DNA of 64,000 nucleotides from Octopus sinensis. Lineage: Eukaryota. This document shows, piece by piece, positions 14,707-27,451 of this stretch. The DNA is taken from NCBI RefSeq assembly GCF_006345805.1, contig NC_043010.1:50716001-50780000 (forward strand). The letters run 5' to 3'. The stretch's first letter is position 1. Every line of letters begins with the position of its first letter. Both the position numbers and the translations under genes were made by a program. The notes beneath the pieces are model-generated. The model did no database searches. It saw nothing but the letters and a program-made list of their open reading frames with translations, and was not told where the DNA came from.

Positions 14707-15045
14707 TATCATTATCATTATTATTATTATTTTTATTATTGTCATTATCATTATTATTATTATTATCATTATTATTATTATTATTATCATTATTATTATC
14801 ATTTTTATTATCATTTTTATTATTATTAACATAATCATTATTATTATCATTAATAAGATTATTGTTATTTACATGATTATTGTTATTATAAACATTACTT
14901 TTTAATCATTTGTCTTAATTTCTTTATCATCATCATCATCATTATTATTATTATTGTCTTTATTATTATTATTTTATTATTATTATTATCATCATCATTA
15001 TTATTATCTTTATTATCTTTATTATCATTATTATTATTATTATTA

Positions 15046-15096
<51 letters not shown>

Positions 15097-15320
15097 CAAT
15101 ATTATTATTATGTAAGAAATCTACATTAACTTAAGGATGGAAAATTTTCCAAGTTCTGATATTTGCTACTTATTCTAGACATCCAGGATTAAAATAGCGA
15201 TTCCCATTAATTTCTCTGCATTTTTTGTGTATTTATCGCAATCATGAGTACAACACCATACCACTAAGCCATGCACCTTCACTACGTACATATTATATAT
15301 ATATATATATATTATATATA

Positions 15321-15353
<33 letters not shown>

Positions 15354-15527
15354 TATATATATATATATATATATATAAGATATAATAAATAATATATATT
15401 AATATATATATACAATATATTAATATATATAAAATTATATATATAAATATATATATATAGTATAAAATATATAATATATAAATAATATATATATATATAT
15501 TAAATATATATCTATATATAAAAATAT

Positions 15528-15560
<33 letters not shown>

Positions 15561-15619
15561 AATCGATATATATATATATATAACTATAATATATATATCT
15601 AAATAGTAATATATTATTA

Positions 15620-15655
<36 letters not shown>

Positions 15656-15744
15656 TATACATACATACATATAATATGAGGCTGATGTGCATTGCAGAAA
15701 CACACGCCATACACTCTTGTCACATGCACGCATGCACACACCCA

Positions 15745-15792
<48 letters not shown>

Positions 15793-16149
15793 CATGGACT
15801 CTAACGTCCTTAGATGATATATGAGAGTTTGGCAATTTCTTGCTGAACGACCACACAGATGATTTGTTTATAGTGATCAAATGTTTGTGTACACATAAGC
15901 TCAATCCATCCATGGAATCGACATTACCTATACAAGTGTACCATGTGCCACATGTCAGATAATGAGATGATCACAGAGCAATGTAAAATGAAGTGCTTTG
16001 CTCAAGAATACAGCACAATGCCTGGTCTGGGAATTGAAACCATGTTCTCACAAGTTTGAGTACAACACCATAACCACTAAACCAGTGCCTTCACAATGTA
16101 TATAATATACACAATTTATATATATACACTGTATATATATATTTATATA

Positions 16150-16197
<48 letters not shown>

Positions 16198-16296
16198 TCT
16201 GATATACATACACTGTATACAAAATGTATATAATATATATATATTAATGTATATATATATATCTATATATATTATATATATATATATAGTATATAT

Positions 16297-16330
<34 letters not shown>

Positions 16331-16364
16331 CTATATATATACATGTATATACACAAATGTACAT

Positions 16365-16406
<42 letters not shown>

Positions 16407-16579
16407 ATATATGCACATGACATACATATATTTTATATATATATGTTACGCATAAAAATATATGTATGTATACATACATATATGTATGTGTATATATAGA
16501 GCGAAGCATTTATATCTGTATAATGTAGAGACATGTGTATGTATACTTTATATGTAAAAAATTTGTATGTATATATATG

Positions 16580-16903
16580 TGTGAAGGCACGTGGCTTAGT
16601 GGTTAGGGCATTCGGCTCATGATCGTAAGGTTGTGAGTTCGATTCCCGTTGTGTCCTTGAGCAAGACACTTTATTTCACGTTGCTCCAGTCCACTCAGCT
16701 GAGCTGGAAAAAATGGGCAGTACCTGTATTTCGAAGGACCAGCCTTGTCACACTCTGTGTCACGCTGAATCTCCCTGAGAACTACGTTAAGGGTACACGT
16801 GTCTGTGGATTGCTCAGTCACTTGCACGTTAATTTCACGAGCAGGCTGTCCCATTGATCATATCAGCTGGGACCCTCGTTGTCGTAACCGACGGAGTGCA
16901 CCT
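16580..16903 (+). mobile_element. tRNA-SINE family B (second copy 23145-23440; related heads on - at ~10275-10572, 15850-16095, 23500-23770)
   Basis: tggcttagtggttagg A box, gagttcgattccc B box, gtgtccttgagcaag core. Confidence 0.75.
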
Positions 16904-16947
16904 TATATATATATATCGAGGGATAGATAGATATACATACATACATA

Positions 16948-17459
16948 CAGGGTGCCTTAGAATTAACTACCTATTTCAATGAAATCAGGCAAATTTAAAA
17001 AAAAAAATTGACCAATTTTATGTCTATTACTTAATTATGATACTAAAACAAATAGATTTATAAATCTTATATGCGAACTTTATTGAAAATTTTTAACATG
17101 TGCTCCGTATATATCTCTGCAACTCTGAAATCTATCCTTAGCCTTGCAAAACACATTTTGAAGCATGTCAGGAGTTATTTCCTGCACTGCAACTGAATGT
17201 GTTCTTGAACTATGGAGATAGAGAAAATGATAGTAACCAAATTGAAAAAAAAAAAAAGCTGTTGTGGACAGATAAGTGGGATCCAACAGGAGTGAAAATA
17301 TAATTATAAAATAAGAAATTATCAAAATAAAATTATAAACAAAATTAAAAACTTATACACCTTTAACACATATTAAACATGATAAACATAAATAAATGTG
17401 AGTTTTTCAAAAAATTGTCTGATTTCACTGGAATAGATAGTTAATAATGGGACACTCTA
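16948..17459 (-). mobile_element. Internally deleted Tc1/mariner element
   Basis: Imperfect ~50-bp TIRs (cagggtg...), TA flanks, C-terminal transposase remnant EITPDMLQNVF...GAHV. Confidence 0.65.
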
Positions 17460-17494
17460 TACGTATATATATATATATTATATATATATATATA

Positions 17495-17707
17495 CGAGGG
17501 GGTGCCAAAAAGTTCCTGGCTTTTAGGATATTGTGGAAGGCCTTGTTGGAAGCCTAACTTCCTGAGATCTTTTATAGGGCTTAGAAAACTGAGAGACTGC
17601 AGCAATAAGTGTGTGAATCTGAGCGGGGAATATTTTGAATAAAATCATAAACTGATCATCCTGTAATTTCTTTTACTCAAAGCCAGGAACTTTTCAGCAC
17701 TTTTTTG
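17495..17707. mobile_element. mariner-derived MITE
   Basis: TIRs gtgccaaaaagttcctggcttt / aaagccaggaacttttcagcac, flanked by TA. Confidence 0.7.
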
Positions 17708-17803
17708 TACACACAAAAACAATCATAAAAATCTGATGCTTCATGATACAAGTAAACACGGACATGTTGATAAAAGGATAGAATATCAAAGCTGGTACCT
17801 TAC

Positions 17804-18013
17804 CTACATCACAGTATGTTCCAGAATAACCTTCCCGACACCGGCATTTATAAGTACTGTCTTTACGACTGGTGCACTTGCCATGCTTACATTTGTGGTT
17901 TGCGCATGGATCTTGCTTTTTTAACTCTTGGCATCCAGGGATTAGTTTATGGTTGTAAAGTGATGAGCTGAAGTCTAATTGGTGTCCGTTAATCAAGACT
18001 TTTTGGAGACATC
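17804..18013 (-). CDS. slit: Slit exon: end of LamG + EGF7 (GCLQKVLINGHQLDF...LIPGC...DPCANHKCKHGKC...CDV)
   Basis: Acceptor aatcag, donor gtaagg; 210 nt, phase 1->1. Confidence 0.94.
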
Positions 18014-18899
18014 CTGATTTATATGTAATACGTATGAAAAATAAAAATAAAAATAAGTCATGAGAAATAAGAGAGAAAACAATATCAATTATATGATATT
18101 AATGAAATATGACTTCAAGGCAGTATTACATCATATATTAATTGCATAAAATGATGAGCTAAGAGAACTTTACTAATTAGAATTATGGGCTAACGTCACA
18201 ACTCTGATTCTACAAATGTGATTAGAGTGTCACAGAATAAAACCACAAGACAGACTCCTTGAGCCAATCCTGCTGGTTGGATACCTTGAGGCAGACCAAA
18301 GAGATGGTTAGAAAATGTCTATAGTTTCAGTTGGTCATGTCTTGGAATCCAGTCAGAAAGTCTAATGACAGTTGCTTCTGAAGGGCTTCAATAGAGGTGA
18401 TGCCTGAGGATGCTACACCAACAACTCTCCTAAGAATAGTGGGTGATGGATGGATGGATGGATGGATGGATGGGTGGATGGCTAAATATTTATATATACA
18501 TAGTAATGTTGTCTAATTCTGTTCCTAATCAATTGGGCTATAATTTTCTCCATAACTTGCTTGACAATTTGACAGCTCTGTAATTACTTTTATCAAAGGC
18601 ATCTTCTTTACCCTTGTAACGGCTGTCTATAATTCACTAGTCATTGTGTATGACACCTTCCTGTACAACCTGATTGACAATAGGGGTGATTAGGCTGTAT
18701 CCCATTCTGCCAGATATTTTAAGCATCCCAGAAGTGATTCCTAATGGACCAGGGGCTTTCCCTGTTTTATGTCCTTGATTGACACTGTCTTCATCCTATA
18801 TATGGATGTATACACAAATATACATCCTACCCCATACACACATATATGTGCACACACGTGTGTGTGTGTGTGTGTGTGTGTAGCTTTTATCTTTTATAT

Positions 18900-19680
18900 T
18901 TTATTTGTCTCAGTCATTTGATTGCGGCCATGCTGGAGCACCGTCTTGAAGAGTTTTAGTCGTACATGTAGCCCCCCCCCGGACTTTTTTAAAGCCTGGT
19001 ACTTATTCTATTAGTCTCTTTTGCTGAACCGCTAAGTTACAGGGACACAAACACACCAATACACCAACACCAGTTGCAAAGCGGTGGTGGGGGCAAACAT
19101 AGACACAAACACACACACACACACACACTTTTACTTGTTTAAGTCATTTGACTGCGGCCATGCTGGAGCACCGCCTGTAGTCGAGCAAATCGATACCAGG
19201 ACTTATTCTTTGTAAGCCTAGTACTTATTCTATCGGTCTCTTTTACTGAACTGCTAAGTTACGGGGACGTAAACACACCAGCATCAGTTGTCAAGTGACA
19301 CACAAATGTATACACATATACATATTTATACATATATACGACAGGCCTCTTTCAGTTTCCGTCTACCAAATCCACTCACAAGGCTTTGGTCGGCCCGAGA
19401 CTATAGTAGAAGACACTTGCCCAAGGTGCCACACAGTGGGACTGAACCCGGAACCATGTGGTTTGTAAGCAAACTACTTACCACACAGCCACTCCTACGC
19501 CTATATATACATATATGACGGGTTTCTTTCAGTTTCCATCTACCAAATCCACTCACAAAGCTTTAGTTGGCCTGAAACTATTGTTGAAAATACTTACCCA
19601 AGATACCATGCAGTAGGACTGAAACTGGAACCATGTGGTTGAGAAGCAAACTTCTTACCACACAGCCATACTCGCACCTA
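18900..19680 (-). mobile_element. Two nested copies of tRNA-SINE family A (inner copy 19129-19502)
   Basis: Order on + is tail, complete copy, head; A/B boxes tggctgtgtggt / ggttcagtccc. Confidence 0.8.
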
Positions 19681-19769
19681 TTATATATGTACATAAACAT
19701 ACCCCAACACGCACAGACAAAACAAAACAAAACAAAAACAAAATAAATAAAACCATTAGTACCACTCAC

Positions 19770-20237
19770 CAACAAAGCTAGCTTTGTCTCGTATATGCCA
19801 ATTTTTCAGAGCCCTGTCATTGACATCAGGAGGAAGTCCTCCAAGATACAAGGAATCAGTGACATCCAGACTCTCACGAGATCCTTCGTTCACAATGGTA
19901 CGGGAAATGCCTCCATCGACAATCATGGTGAAATTCTTTTTCTCAATCATCATTTGCAAATGATGGAAGTTGCCATCGTTTACTGTTTTGAAGCTGAACA
20001 TTGAAGATACTGGATAGTTGCCAACATCAAAACTGATCCTAATTCGGCCTCGGAACAACTCTGCTGCGACATGTTGTTCAAAGCCGGTGTAGAGCAAAAT
20101 ACCATTGTCTTGCTTAGCAGAGAATACAATGGTTATATTGGCTTTAGGGTCTACCTGTAATGGTGGCAACTTTATGTATGAATCTTCTTCGTGTAGGGAA
20201 ACTGTATGAAGCTTTTCACATTTCTTGCCGGCAAAAC
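19770..20237 (-). CDS. slit: Slit exon: laminin G (ALPS) domain, GFAGKKCEKLHTVSL...HVAAELFRGRIRISFDVGNYPVSSMFS...LYLGGLP...SFV
   Basis: Acceptor aaacag, donor gtgagt; 468 nt, phase 1->1; motif ELFRGRIR.SFDVGNYP.S.M.S is characteristic of Slit LamG. Confidence 0.96.
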
Positions 20238-20659
20238 CTGTTTGGATAAAAGAGGAAGAAGAGGTGAGTGTGAGAAAATTGAAGGAAAAAAGAAACAAAG
20301 GAAGGTAGAGTTTGTGTATGCGTACAACCATGTGTGTGTAACAGATAGAGAGAAAGAGAGAGAGAGAGAGAGAGAGTGAGAGAGGAGGGAATAGAGAGAG
20401 GATGAGACAGAGAAAGGGAGATAAACATGAATTAATAGTGGGAAAGAATATCAACAGCCCAATGGGCCAATGTAAGGCAGCAATATAAGTGTGTGTGTAT
20501 ATGTGTGCGATTGTGTGTGTGTGTGTGCACATGCGTGTATGTTCATGTATTTAACACACATACATTCACACACATACATGCATATACATGTATGCATACA
20601 TATATGCATATGTATCATCCGGAGTAATGATTACACACACACATACATATTGTTGTACT

Positions 20660-21275
20660 CTAATGGTGGAAGGAACCTGTGGAAGAGGTAGGCACATGTA
20701 GACATGAGATGAGGTGGTGAAGCACGATCTTCGAATGTTGGGCCTCACAAAGACAATGAAAAACGACCGAGAATTTTGGAGGTATGCCGTGCTTGAGAAG
20801 ACCAATCAAGCCAAGTGAGATTGTAGTCATGGCTGATGTCTGTATCATTTAACTGGGCCTTTAAAAGCACACTCCAATTGTTGGGCGAAATATGGTGCTT
20901 GTAAAGACCTGTTGAACCGAGTGAAATCATAGTTGTGGTTGATGCCAGTACCATCTGACTGTCACCTGTGCTGGTGGCATATAAAAAGCACCATTCGAGC
21001 ATTGGGCTTCATAGAGGCAGTGACAGGTAACCAAGACCCTTGATGATATTGTGTGCTTGTGTTCACCTGTTAAGCCAAGTGAGATTGTAGTTGTGGCTGA
21101 TGCTGGTGTCAGGTCAATGACACCCATGCCGGTGGCATGTAAAAAGCACCCCATTACACTTTCAGAGTGGTTGGCATTAGGAAGGGCATCCAGCTGTAGA
21201 AACCATGCCTAATCAGATTGGAACCTCGTGCAGCCCCCCCAGCATGGAAAGTGGACGTTAAATGATGATGTTGAT
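20660..21275 (+). mobile_element. RTE LINE 3' end with tandemly repeated 3' UTR units
   Basis: GTCGRGR...DEVVKHDLRMLGL...DREFWR; three caag(c/t)gagat(t/c)gtagt units; ends in (GAT)n; tail also present at 25897-26025. Confidence 0.65.
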
Positions 21276-21311
21276 GATGACGGTGATATAAATACATATC
21301 TCTTTTTTCTC

Positions 21312-21513
21312 TCTTTTACTTGTTTCAGTCATTTGACTGCGGCCATGCTGGAGCACCGCCTTTAGTCGAGCAGATCGACCCCGGGACTTATTCTTTGTAA
21401 GCCCAGTACTTATTCTATCAGTCTCTTTTGCCGAACTGCTAAGTGACGGAGACATAAACACACCAGCATCGGTTGTCAAGCAATGCTAGGGAGACAAGCA
21501 CAGACACACAAAC

Positions 21514-21544
<31 letters not shown>

Positions 21545-21716
21545 CATATATACGACAGGCTTCTTTCAGTTTCCGTCTACCAAATCCACTTACAAGGCAT
21601 TGGTCGGCCCGGGGCTATAGCAGAAGACACTTGCCCAAGATGCCACGCAGTGGGACTGTACCCAGAACCGTGTGGTTAGTAAGCAAGCTACTTACCACAC
21701 AGCCATTCCTGCGCCT
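21312..21716 (-). mobile_element. tRNA-SINE family A, full length
   Basis: Pol III boxes, internal (TA/TG)n, tail cagcatggccgcagtcaaatgactgaaacaag. Confidence 0.85.
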
Positions 21717-22372
21717 ATATATAAATATATATACATAATTTTCCTTGACCTTTAATAGCAAAATCTTCATAAAGAGCAATATACAAACCAAAACAACACA
21801 CATAACATATAGAGCACATGAAACATATTATGGAAGTTACCGGGAGTTAACAATTAAAAGATTTCAAATCCGGCAATGATGATTTTAGCAGTTATAACAA
21901 CATTCCCATGTTCCTTTCCAGCCAACTGCACAATGCATCAATAATATGTCTCTACTATCATTTCATTCTGACAAAAAAGTCTTGAAACAGTCATACACTT
22001 ACATAATCTATTGTTGCAAACTAAACATAAAGGATTGATAAGAAAGTATGAAAAATACTTAATAAATAAGATTAAACAGGTTAAGATTTCAATTATTACG
22101 CATATGATATGTATACATAATAAATATATTATATTACATCTGGGTCACATTCTCTGTGTTTGTATGTTATAAAAATGTATAGGCATATTATATTGCACAT
22201 ACATGTATGCTTGTGTATACATACATACATAAACAAACATATATATGTTCACACACATGTATATATGCATACGTATGCATATACATATGTATGTGCATAC
22301 ATATATGTGTGTGTGTGCACCTGTGCTTATGTGTATGTATGTATATATATATTGTGTAGTCATATATACATG

Positions 22373-22414
<42 letters not shown>

Positions 22415-22422
22415 TCTTTTAC

Positions 22423-22802
22423 TCTTTTACTTGTTTCAGTCATTTGACTGCGGCCATGCTGGAGCATCGCTTTTAGTCAAGCAACTAGATCCCGGGACTT
22501 ATTCTTTTGTAAGCCCAGTACTTATTCTATCGGTCTCTTTTGCCGAACCGCTAAGTAACGGGGACATAAACACACCAGCAATGCTAGAGGGACAAACACA
22601 GACACACAAACACACACATGCATATATATATATATATATACATATATACGACAGGCTTCTTTCAGTTTCCGTCTACCAAATCCACTCACAAGGCTTTGGT
22701 TGGCCCGAGGCTATACTAGAAGACACTTGCCAAAGGTGCCATGCAGTGGGACTGAACCCGGAACCATGTGGTTGGTAAACAAGCCACTTACCACACAGCC
22801 AC
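22423..22802 (-). mobile_element. tRNA-SINE family A
   Basis: Near-identical to 21312-21716. Confidence 0.85.
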
Positions 22803-23834
22803 ATAAATATATATATATAAATAGTTACATATATACATATATATTTAATATATAATATATATACCTATATATATATATATAGAGAGAGAGAGTGAGAGTT
22901 AGATACTCACACACATATATATATGTAAAGATGTGTGTGTGAGTGTAAGATGATGATGTAGTCTTGTTCCATGCTGTAGAGTGAAATGCAAATATAATGA
23001 GTTGTTCGTGTATAGAAGTGGGGTGTAAGGTGTTGTGCAGTATGTTTGCCGTGTTGTAGTTGTTGTAGTGTGTGAATCAGTGTTATGTAGAACAGTGCAG
23101 CATGAGGATGAGTGATGTAGTGTATTTGCAGTAGTATTGTAGTGTGTGAAGATGCGTGGTTTAATTGTTAGAGGTATTCGGCTCATGATGATGAGGTTGT
23201 GTGTTCAATTCCCAGCTGTGCCTTGTGTCCTTGAGTACAACAATTTATTTTATGTTGCTCCAGTCCAATTAGCTGGCAAATGAGCAGTACCAGTAATTCA
23301 AAAGGGTCAGCCTTGTCCACATTATGTATCACACTGAATCTCCCTGAGAGCTACATTAAGGGTACTCTTGTCTGTGGAGTACTCAGCCACTTGCGTGTTA
23401 ATTTCACAAGCAGGCTGTTCTGTTGATTGGAACCAATGGAGCACCAGTTTTTAATGTGTGATGTGTCGTACGGTGTCGCAATATGATGCTGTATAATAAA
23501 TCACATGATCATGTGACCGATCAGACTATCAGATATTGTTACACATCACTGGTCACAATGCACTTTTACATTGTTTTAGCTTTCAAATGAAGCCACCCCA
23601 CTGGCAAGGTGATCAGGCCAGCATTTATCCCTGAACAAACGGGGACGGGAGCAATGTGAAATGAAGCCTTTTGCTCAAGAACACAATGCACTGCCCAATC
23701 AGGGAATCGAACCCACAATCTAGCAATCATGAATGCAACAGCCTAACCACTAGGCCACACGCTTTCACTGTATAATAAATACACTATGAAATAAAATACA
23801 AAGTGTCACATCAAATAGTTGTAGAGTACATTAC

Positions 23835-24112
23835 CTGCGGCACAGCGGCACATGTAGTCGGATGTGGTGGAAGGCAAATAACAAAGTCCATTGTTTTTAC
23901 ATTCGTGGTGAAGGCAGGCACTGGGTTGTTGTACACCTGACTGTTGGATTGGTGCTATTTCACAGAAGTTGCCTAGGTAACCAGGTGGGCAAATACACGT
24001 GTATCCATTGAGGCCATCCATGCATTTGGCACCATTCTGACAAATATGAGAGCGGCATTCATCTATGTTTTCTGAACAATTTTTACCTGTGTAACCTGGT
24101 AGACATTCGCAG
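23835..24112 (-). CDS. slit: Slit exon (end EGF4, EGF5, linker, EGF6): SCECLPGYTGKNCSENIDEC...MCRCAA
   Basis: Acceptor ccaccag, donor gtaatg; 278 nt, phase 2->1; overlaps ORF 23806..24021. Confidence 0.95.
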
Positions 24113-24401
24113 CTGGTGGTTTAGATGAGAGAAGTATGTGGATATGTAGAAGGGTTACAGCAAAGTACCCCGAAAGGAATCATACAAAAAAGAAAAAAAA
24201 TGAGAAGAAAAGAAGAAAACATTTATTAATGCAATAATTAGTAATAGAATATCAAGCACAAAGTTACACATTTTTGGGGAGTATGCAGCTGGGGCCAAAA
24301 GCTTGGTACATTTTTTCAAAAACATTAAAATTGTTATGCCTAAGTACAATTCGAGTAAATATGTACTTACTTAATAACTGATCCAATGGTTCAATTGTTC
24401 A

Positions 24402-24436
<35 letters not shown>

Positions 24437-24588
24437 CATGTATAATAATGTGTATATATATATGTGTGTATATATGTGTATGTATATATATGTATGTATA
24501 TATATATGTATGTATATATATGTATATATACATATTACATGTATGTATATATATGTATATATACATATTACATGTATGTATATATATA

Positions 24589-24634
<46 letters not shown>

Positions 24635-24647
24635 TATTATATATATA

Positions 24648-24700
<53 letters not shown>

Positions 24701-25740
24701 TATATATATAATCAATTATTGTATTTACCTGTGTATAATTCACATCCCAGTCTTTTCAGTTAAAATCAAGCATAAAATATTGCAACTTATCAATGAGCAA
24801 TTATGGTATATTGACCCCAGTTCTTCACTGATACTTTACTTTTTCCAAGCATCAATTATAATAAAAGAGAAACTCTTTCTGTCCTGGATCCTTGTGGCTC
24901 AATCTATATTTGCTCTACATAGACATATTATACCATTTTGGAATCAGGATGATCCCAGGATTGAAAATCTGCCCTTCATTTGGTTCTTGAACATCCAGCT
25001 TTGGGATCTGATTTAAAAGAATCTGGGTTGCTATTTCTAGCAGGTAAAGCTTAGCTGATTCATGTCATCTTGGTTGGTGTTTGTCAGATGAAATCAGAGA
25101 TCAAGGTGGAGATAAATGACATTCACTTTGTGAATTTTACGTTGAGATAAAAATTTTGGGACAAATTGGCCAACAGCTGGAATTTAACTTAGGATTGGAA
25201 CTTGGGATAGAATGATTGCATTACAAAATTAATTGTCATCTGTCCTTAACCTCTGATCAACCCTGGGGCATATATTCAATATAGACATGTCATAGTCATG
25301 CTCTCTTTAGCTCTCTTTAGCTTTGAGCCACAGGCCCAATTAGCTCTCCGCAGGAGTTTGCTTAAAAGCCTGCACAAAGTGTGGCTTTTAAGCTAGTGTA
25401 GAATAAAAGGGAAAATGGTCAACTACGGCAGGATTTGAACCCAGAATGTAAAGGGAGATATCTAAATACCACATGTCATTCAAGTGTATCACTCTAGTGC
25501 TTCTGCCAATCCACTGCCCCTTACATGTATTCATATGATGGTTAAACAACTGACATAAGGTTACTAATTGTATAAGACATGCTGGTTCATTACTCTATAC
25601 CTTCCTCACACACATGCACACACACACACACACCAGTCAGTCATGTAGTGAAGGAAATCTGATAGAATAACACCAAGCAAAGGTTATAATAAGTACATGA
25701 CTTCAGGCATACTCACTGAAACAAAAATGAATGAACTTAC

Positions 25741-25834
25741 CTGTAATCATCACCTTTAGGCTTACAGGTAGCACCATTCTCACACATATCATACTCTCCT
25801 TCACAAAACACAATTTTCTTCTGACAGTGTTTAC
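25741..25834 (-). CDS. slit: Slit exon (EGF4): GKHCQKKIVFCEGEYDMCENGATCKPKGDDY
   Basis: Acceptor tttcag, donor gtaagt; 94 nt, phase 1->2, in frame with both neighbours; resembles Slit EGF4 (ELCEEKLDFC in human SLIT2). Confidence 0.93.
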
Positions 25835-26063
25835 CTGAAAGTAAGCCATAGCAGAAAAAGTCAGAGGGTAAAATCAATATAATAATAATCAATAACAGGA
25901 AGGGCATCCAGCCATAGAAACTGTGCAAAACAGACATGGAGCCTAAATAGGCTTTCAACTGGTCAGCTCCTGTCAAACTGTCCAACCCCTACCAGCATGG
26001 GAAGTGGGTGTTAAATGATGATGATTGAAAGAGATACATGTCTGTATAAAAAAATACACTCAC

Positions 26064-26203
26064 CTATATAACCAATAGGACATTGACAGGTATATGTTTC
26101 CACTAAATCAATACAAGTGGCATTATTCTGGCAGGAATGGTTTGTACAGTCATCTATGTTGGATTCACAGCGATAACCATTGAAGCCTCGTGGACAGTGA
26201 CAT
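26064..26203 (-). CDS. slit: Slit exon (end of EGF2 + EGF3): [46 protein letters not shown]
   Basis: Manual translation (not in ORF track); acceptor cttgcag, donor gtgagt; 140 nt, phase 2->1; Ca-binding EGF pattern NIDDC..C.N.ATC.D. Confidence 0.93.
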
Positions 26204-26306
26204 CTGCAAGAGGAATTTCAAATCAGAGAGAAATGACTATATCAACTCAATAGAAACTGGTTTTATCTTTTCGTTCTTTCAATAGTATGATTAAGTTTGA
26301 CATTAT

Positions 26307-26606
26307 CCCTTTTGTTACCATATTTTGTTTGATATACACTGCATTTGTTTTAATTAGTTTTGAAATTAGAAAAAGAATTTATTGAAATAACTTTTGAGGG
26401 AAAGTTTTAATTTATGTCTCTTTAAACTTCATGTTACCATATTTGTTTCAATTAGTTTTGAAAATAACAAAGAATCTAATATAAGAACTTTGTCATTATT
26501 AATTTGGTGCTTGGAGCATAAATTAACAATAAATTTTGATGGAAATGAGAAGTTTGTAACAGAATCAGAAACAGGGACAGTCTCAGGTCAGATGGTATCA
26601 GAAGGG
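26307..26606. mobile_element. piggyBac-like MITE
   Basis: Termini CCCTTTTGTTACC / GGTATCAGAAGGG-TTAA. Confidence 0.6.
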
Positions 26607-26686
26607 TTAATATCAATTGTGTCAGAGCTCTCAAATTTTTTTTAAATAGTGACATATTAAAAAAAAAATTTTAATGACATATTTAA

Positions 26687-27076
26687 CCCTTTAGCATTTA
26701 AACTGGTCATATCTGGCCCCAAATTTTCTCTATTTTATGTTCAAATAGCCAGATCTACTGTTCACATTCACGTACAGGGCAATTTGTTTCACCTGGTTTT
26801 GAGGTATGCAGAGTTTCTTAGCACTCTAAATCAGAGGTTCTCAACCATTTTTTTTTACCTGTGGACCCTTTTGGTTTCTATTTTACTCTACTGGACCTCC
26901 ACAGCAATCCAGTGTTTAAATTACAATGTCAATCCAATGCTTACCTAACAATGTCATTCAAAGCATAAGTAATCACACCATTGAAATCTCAAAGCTACAA
27001 CACAATGCATGATTAATTCAAATTAATGTGAATGAATATGTATTACATTTGACGAAGTAATCTGAATACTAAAGTG
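26687..27076. mobile_element. piggyBac-like MITE with nested hAT-like fragment (~26832); partial copy at ~14328-14540
   Basis: TTAA-CCCTTTAGCATT...AATACTAAAGTG-TTAA. Confidence 0.65.
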
Positions 27077-27110
27077 TTAAGTGTTGTATGCAAAGTCAAA
27101 CCTGTAATGT

Positions 27111-27210
27111 NNNNNNNNNNNNNNNNNNNNNNNNNNNNNNNNNNNNNNNNNNNNNNNNNNNNNNNNNNNNNNNNNNNNNNNNNNNNNNNNNNNNNNNNNN
27201 NNNNNNNNNN
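27111..27210. other. Assembly gap (100 N)
   Basis: Run of N; followed by a ~950-bp (GGT/GAT/GCT)n low-complexity tract. Confidence 1.
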
Positions 27211-27420
27211 TTGATGTTTAGTAGTAGTAGTAGTGGTGGTGGTGGTGATAGCGATGGTATTGGTTGTAGCGGCAATGGTGGTGGTATAAGTAGTAGTAGT
27301 AGTAGTAGTAGTAAGTAGTAGTAGTAGTAGTTGCTGTTGTAGTATTGTTGAGGCTAGGGGTGTTATAGGTGGTGGTGGTGGTGGTGGTGGTGGTGATGGT
27401 AGTGGTGGTGGTGATAGTGC

Positions 27421-27451
<31 letters not shown>

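Noticed and set aside
16580-16650. tRNA gene
   Set aside because: A/B boxes belong to a multi-copy SINE head and there is no complete cloverleaf.
20805-21150. Regularly spaced repeats resembling a CRISPR array
   Set aside because: Degenerate tandem units in an RTE 3' UTR in eukaryotic DNA; no cas genes.
21968-21992. ctgacaa...gaaa-cag-tc hammerhead-like string
   Set aside because: Core mismatch, and helices I and II do not pair.
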